A DNA stretch of 18,508 nucleotides, taken from Candidatus Eiseniibacteriota bacterium. Lineage in GTDB: Bacteria; Eisenbacteria; RBG-16-71-46; CAIMUX01; WJJG01. The stretch is from the NCBI GenBank assembly GCA_030628905.1, contig DAOVQB010000076.1, forward strand, positions 1 through 18,508. The letters are read 5' to 3'. A program made the position numbers and the translations under genes. Below the pieces are notes generated by a model that was given only the letters and a program-made list of their open reading frames with translations, made no database searches and was not told where the DNA came from. Within the stretch, counting starts at the first letter, position 1. Every line of letters starts with the position of its first letter. Below are positions 15,687-18,508 of this stretch, one piece after another.

Positions 15687-16838
15687 CTATGTCAGCTTTT
15701 CCCCACACTGGTTGCAGAACATCGATCCCGGAAGGTTCTCCTGGCCGCACTTGGGGCAGAGACTGGGCTCTGGCTTCTCTTCGGCCGGGTGGCCGCAACG
15801 GGAACAGAACTTCGCGTTAGGCGCGAGGTTCTTTCCGCAGTTGGCACAGGATCCGAAGATGAGGATCTGGTGTCCGCACTTCGAGCAGAAACGGGCATCA
15901 TCGGCTATCGGTTGGCTGCATTCAGGGCACTTGGCCGTCGACTGGACTTCAGGGGTCTTGGGCTGGCCGACCTGTTGCTCGGCGCCCCGGGCATCGGCGA
16001 GGTATTGGGAGAACATGGCCGGCATCATCATGCCCACACCCATGCCCATGGCTGTCCCGGCGCCCCCCTGCGCGCTGGCCGCCTTTTCCATGGCCATGGC
16101 GGCCTTCATCTGCATGAGCCGATTCATGTCCTTGATCACACCCATGCGGCTGCGATCGTCAATCGCCTTCTGCACCTCTGGTGGCGGGGTAAGGGAATTG
16201 ATATATAGCTGTGCGAGCCCCAGCCCGAATTGGCTGAAGTCCTGCTGGAGGCGTGCGAGCAACCCCTCGGATAGTTCATCATACTTCGCAGGCAGGTTGA
16301 GGATTGAGTCGATCGTCTGTCCCATGTAGTCATTGAAACGCGAGACGATGACCCGATTGAGGTATTCGGATATCTCTCTGGTCGTGTAGCTGCCCTGAGT
16401 GCCCACCATCTTGTTGATAAAGAGGGCGGGCTGGATTACCTGGATGTTGAAGACACCGAAGGCCCGCAGCCGGACGAGTCCCAGCTCCGTGTCCCTAAAG
16501 GCCACCGGATCCCGCGTACCCCACTTGAGGTTCGTGAAGACCTTCATGTTCACGAAGTAGACTTCAGCCCGCAATGGGCTCTTGAATCCCCAGGGCAAAC
16601 TGGCGATCTTGGTGAGGATGGGGATGTTGGCCGTCTTCAGAGTGTGGCGGCCGGGGCCAAAGGCCTCGATAGTCTTACCCTGATAGAAGAAGGCTGCTGC
16701 CTGGCTTTCCCTGACAGTGAGCTGGGCGCCATACTTGATATCAGCTGATCCGGTTTCCGGGATGCGGTGGACAAGCTCCTGGCCCGTGTCGTCGAACCAC
16801 TCGAGCACCTCGAGAAAGACGGCCGTATCGGTTGCCAT
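15687..16838 (-). CDS. SPFH/Band-7 domain protein (Band_7_1-like) with Met/Gly-rich linker and three C-terminal CxxC-X10-CxxC zinc ribbons
   Basis: 383 aa. The SD is strong: GAGGAG + 6 nt + ATG at 16838. The N-terminal ~230 aa (LEVLEWFDDTGQELVHRIPETGSADIKYGAQLTVRESQAAAFFYQGK...SPLRAEVYFVNMKVFTNLKWGT...RLRAFGVFNIQV...) match the SPFH-domain family that is frequently found with C-terminal zinc ribbons. The linker is ..AMGMGVGMMMPAM.. (plus ~16020..16055). The ribbons are CPEC..CSKC, CANC..CSRC and CPKC..CNQC. Confidence 0.85.
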   Translation of the reverse strand: MATDTAVFLEVLEWFDDTGQELVHRIPETGSADIKYGAQLTVRESQAAAFFYQGKTIEAFGPGRHTLKTANIPILTKIASLPWGFKSPLRAEVYFVNMKVFTNLKWGTRDPVAFRDTELGLVRLRAFGVFNIQVIQPALFINKMVGTQGSYTTREISEYLNRVIVSRFNDYMGQTIDSILNLPAKYDELSEGLLARLQQDFSQFGLGLAQLYINSLTPPPEVQKAIDDRSRMGVIKDMNRLMQMKAAMAMEKAASAQGGAGTAMGMGVGMMMPAMFSQYLADARGAEQQVGQPKTPEVQSTAKCPECSQPIADDARFCSKCGHQILIFGSCANCGKNLAPNAKFCSRCGHPAEEKPEPSLCPKCGQENLPGSMFCNQCGEKLT

Positions 16839-17223
16839 GTCATACTCCTCATGCGGCGAAGGCTGGTGAGGTCCCTCCGGAGAATCGCAACGAACGCAAG
16901 TTCCTTACCTGTCCATCGGCCGAAGAGGCTCCAATCTCCACCAGGATGGGCGATTCCCGTTGCTCCACTCATTCACGAAGCCACGCGAAGGCGGAAGGTC
17001 CCATAAGGCCGCAGGGACCCGGCACGGCGCGTACCCTGCAGCTTGGGGCCTCATGAAAAACATCAGTTTTTGTTGCAGGAACGTGCGCATAATTTCCCGT
17101 ATCCTTGCGTGTGGAGCACGCTTGCGCGGTGATGCAGTTGCGTGCGGGGCAGGAATGCAGCGAACCGCGGGCGATTCTGATTCGGTGGAGCGGGACAAGC
17201 CTTGAAGCAGAGGGGAAGAGAAC

Positions 17224-18508
17224 ATGCTGCTTCTATCAGGTGGAGCGCATCCGGCCGGTGAGATCGGACGGGAACTGGGATGGAACATGGGCGGCACGCC
17301 TGGCGTCGTCATCATGTATCTGCTTGCAGTTGTTTCTCTTGCAATCTTCGCTCTCGGGCTGCGCAAGCGGATTCTGTTCTGGAAGATGGGCAAGCCAGTG
17401 GGCGAGGGGTTTGGCGACTGGGGCCGGCGGCTCTGGATCCTCGTGCGCGAGACCCTCTTCCAGGTCCAGACCCGGCGGCGTTTCCTGCCGGGGCTTTTCC
17501 ATACGATGATCTTCTACAGCTTTCTCATGCTCTTTGTGGCCACGCTGTGCGTCATGGCGGATATGGACCTCAAGCATCTTGGGGTTCACATCTTCCACGG
17601 GCAGTTCTACCTGTGGATCTCGCTGTTGGCCGACCTGGCGGGCGGCACTCTCCTGATCGGGGTACTGATCGCGGCGGTGCGGCGCTATGTCCAGAAACCC
17701 GATTTCCTGCCACAGACCAAGCCCGTTGATACACTGGTGCTCGCGATCCTGGCCTTCCTAGTCCTCACGGGTTTTCTGGCCGAAGGAGCCCGCATCCAGT
17801 TCCACCCCAGTGGGGATCCCTGGAAGGCCTGGACGCCGATCGGTGCGGGGTTTGCTTACCTCCTGAAGGGCGTGAGTCCTACTACTGGCATGGGGCTCCA
17901 CGCGGCCACCTGGTGGGTGCATGCGCTGGGGACCTTTGCGCTGATTGCCATGATCCCCTATACAAAGTTCCTTCACATACTGAGCATACCCACTAATCAG
18001 TTCCTCTCGAGGCTGGCACCGAAGGGCTCCCTGCAGCGGGTGGACATAGAACAGCTCTTTGACGCCTTGGGCGAGGGTGAGGATTTTGTCATCGGTGTCG
18101 GGGAAGGGCAGCATTTGACCTGGAAGCAGAGATTCGATCTCTCTGCCTGTATCGACTGCGGGCGCTGTGACGACGCCTGCCCGGCACGGGCAGCACAGCA
18201 ACCGCTGAGCCCACGTAGCCTGGTGGAAGATCTGCGCGGGCTGCTGGAGAAGGCCGCGGCCTCATCGAAGCCACAGGGGGGCAATGGAGGTTCTGGTGAG
18301 GGGGGTTCCGGAGATGACGCTTCCCCCGCCGGTGGACCGATTATGAGCGCTGTGGGTACGGTGTTTGAGGATACGAACTTCATTTGGCACTGCCGCTCTT
18401 GTCACGCCTGCCAGAGCATCTGTCCGGCCGGGATCGGGCATGTGGATCTCTTGATCGAGTTGCGGCGGGCGAGGGTTCTGATGGAGGGCGATCTGCCAAC
18501 GGATGCCG
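17224..18508 (+). CDS. membrane-bound Fe-S oxidoreductase: NarI/HdrE-like cytochrome-b-type transmembrane domain fused to HdrD/GlpC-like [4Fe-4S] ferredoxin domain, 3'-partial (runs off window end)
   Basis: Absent from the ORF track because there is no stop in the window. An in-frame stop sits at 17203..17205 and the first ATG is at 17224, preceded by GAGGGGAAGAG. My own translation reads MLLLSGGAHPAGEIGRELGWNMGGTPGVVIMYLLAVVSLAIFALG... It has about 5 TM helices with conserved His residues (FHTMIFY, KHLGVHIFHGQFY, GLHAATWWVHALG, KFLHILS). Two ferredoxin motifs follow: CIDCGRCDDACP and CRSCHACQSICP. The frame stays open to 18508. Confidence 0.75.
   Translation, partial: MLLLSGGAHPAGEIGRELGWNMGGTPGVVIMYLLAVVSLAIFALGLRKRILFWKMGKPVGEGFGDWGRRLWILVRETLFQVQTRRRFLPGLFHTMIFYSFLMLFVATLCVMADMDLKHLGVHIFHGQFYLWISLLADLAGGTLLIGVLIAAVRRYVQKPDFLPQTKPVDTLVLAILAFLVLTGFLAEGARIQFHPSGDPWKAWTPIGAGFAYLLKGVSPTTGMGLHAATWWVHALGTFALIAMIPYTKFLHILSIPTNQFLSRLAPKGSLQRVDIEQLFDALGEGEDFVIGVGEGQHLTWKQRFDLSACIDCGRCDDACPARAAQQPLSPRSLVEDLRGLLEKAAASSKPQGGNGGSGEGGSGDDASPAGGPIMSAVGTVFEDTNFIWHCRSCHACQSICPAGIGHVDLLIELRRARVLMEGDLPTDA

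Noticed and set aside
15594-16329. 204-aa and 220-aa plus-strand ORFs
   Set aside because: They are antisense to the well-supported SPFH gene. They have no RBS and low-complexity Ala/Arg/Gly-rich products.
16905-17393. 162-aa minus-strand ORF
   Set aside because: It spans the divergent intergenic region and is antisense to the start of the Fe-S oxidoreductase gene. It is Arg/Pro-rich, with no SD.

Overview
This is a high-GC (roughly 60%) bacterial window, probably a metagenomic contig from an uncultivated FCB-superphylum-like lineage. The basis for that guess is three proteins that end in T9SS type-A / FlgD-Ig-like C-terminal sorting domains. I support 13 protein-coding genes. Two are window-edge partials that the ORF track omits: an inositol-monophosphatase-family gene at 1..638(-) and a NarI-like/HdrD-like Fe-S oxidoreductase at 17224..>18508(+). 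The rest fall into four groups. (i) A secretome island: an M23 metallopeptidase, an FG-GAP beta-propeller protein and a 627-aa protein, all carrying the CTD, plus two smaller signal-peptide proteins that end in the same SWGxxKxxF[KR] tail. (ii) A B12-binding radical-SAM gene followed by a chimeric protein in which a Ub-Mut7C beta-grasp domain and the first ~30 residues of a Mut7-C RNase are fused to a multi-pass membrane domain. (iii) An mntP-family Mn efflux gene. (iv) A two-gene module of an SPFH/Band-7 protein, which has a Met-rich linker and three C-terminal zinc ribbons, plus a 409-aa partner of unknown family built from two zinc-ribbon + Y(F/L)P(Y/F)WR(F/I) repeats. I rank this last module as the best candidate for an undescribed system. 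The intergenic DNA carries several small repeats: 3x41 bp, 3x19 bp across an RBS and start codon, a 2x14-bp duplication of a TATAAT box, a G9 homopolymer and a 12-bp palindrome. It also carries one clear Rho-independent terminator. I recognise no rRNA, tRNA, CRISPR array or mobile element. All product calls are from reading the translated sequence against remembered family signatures; no database search was possible.
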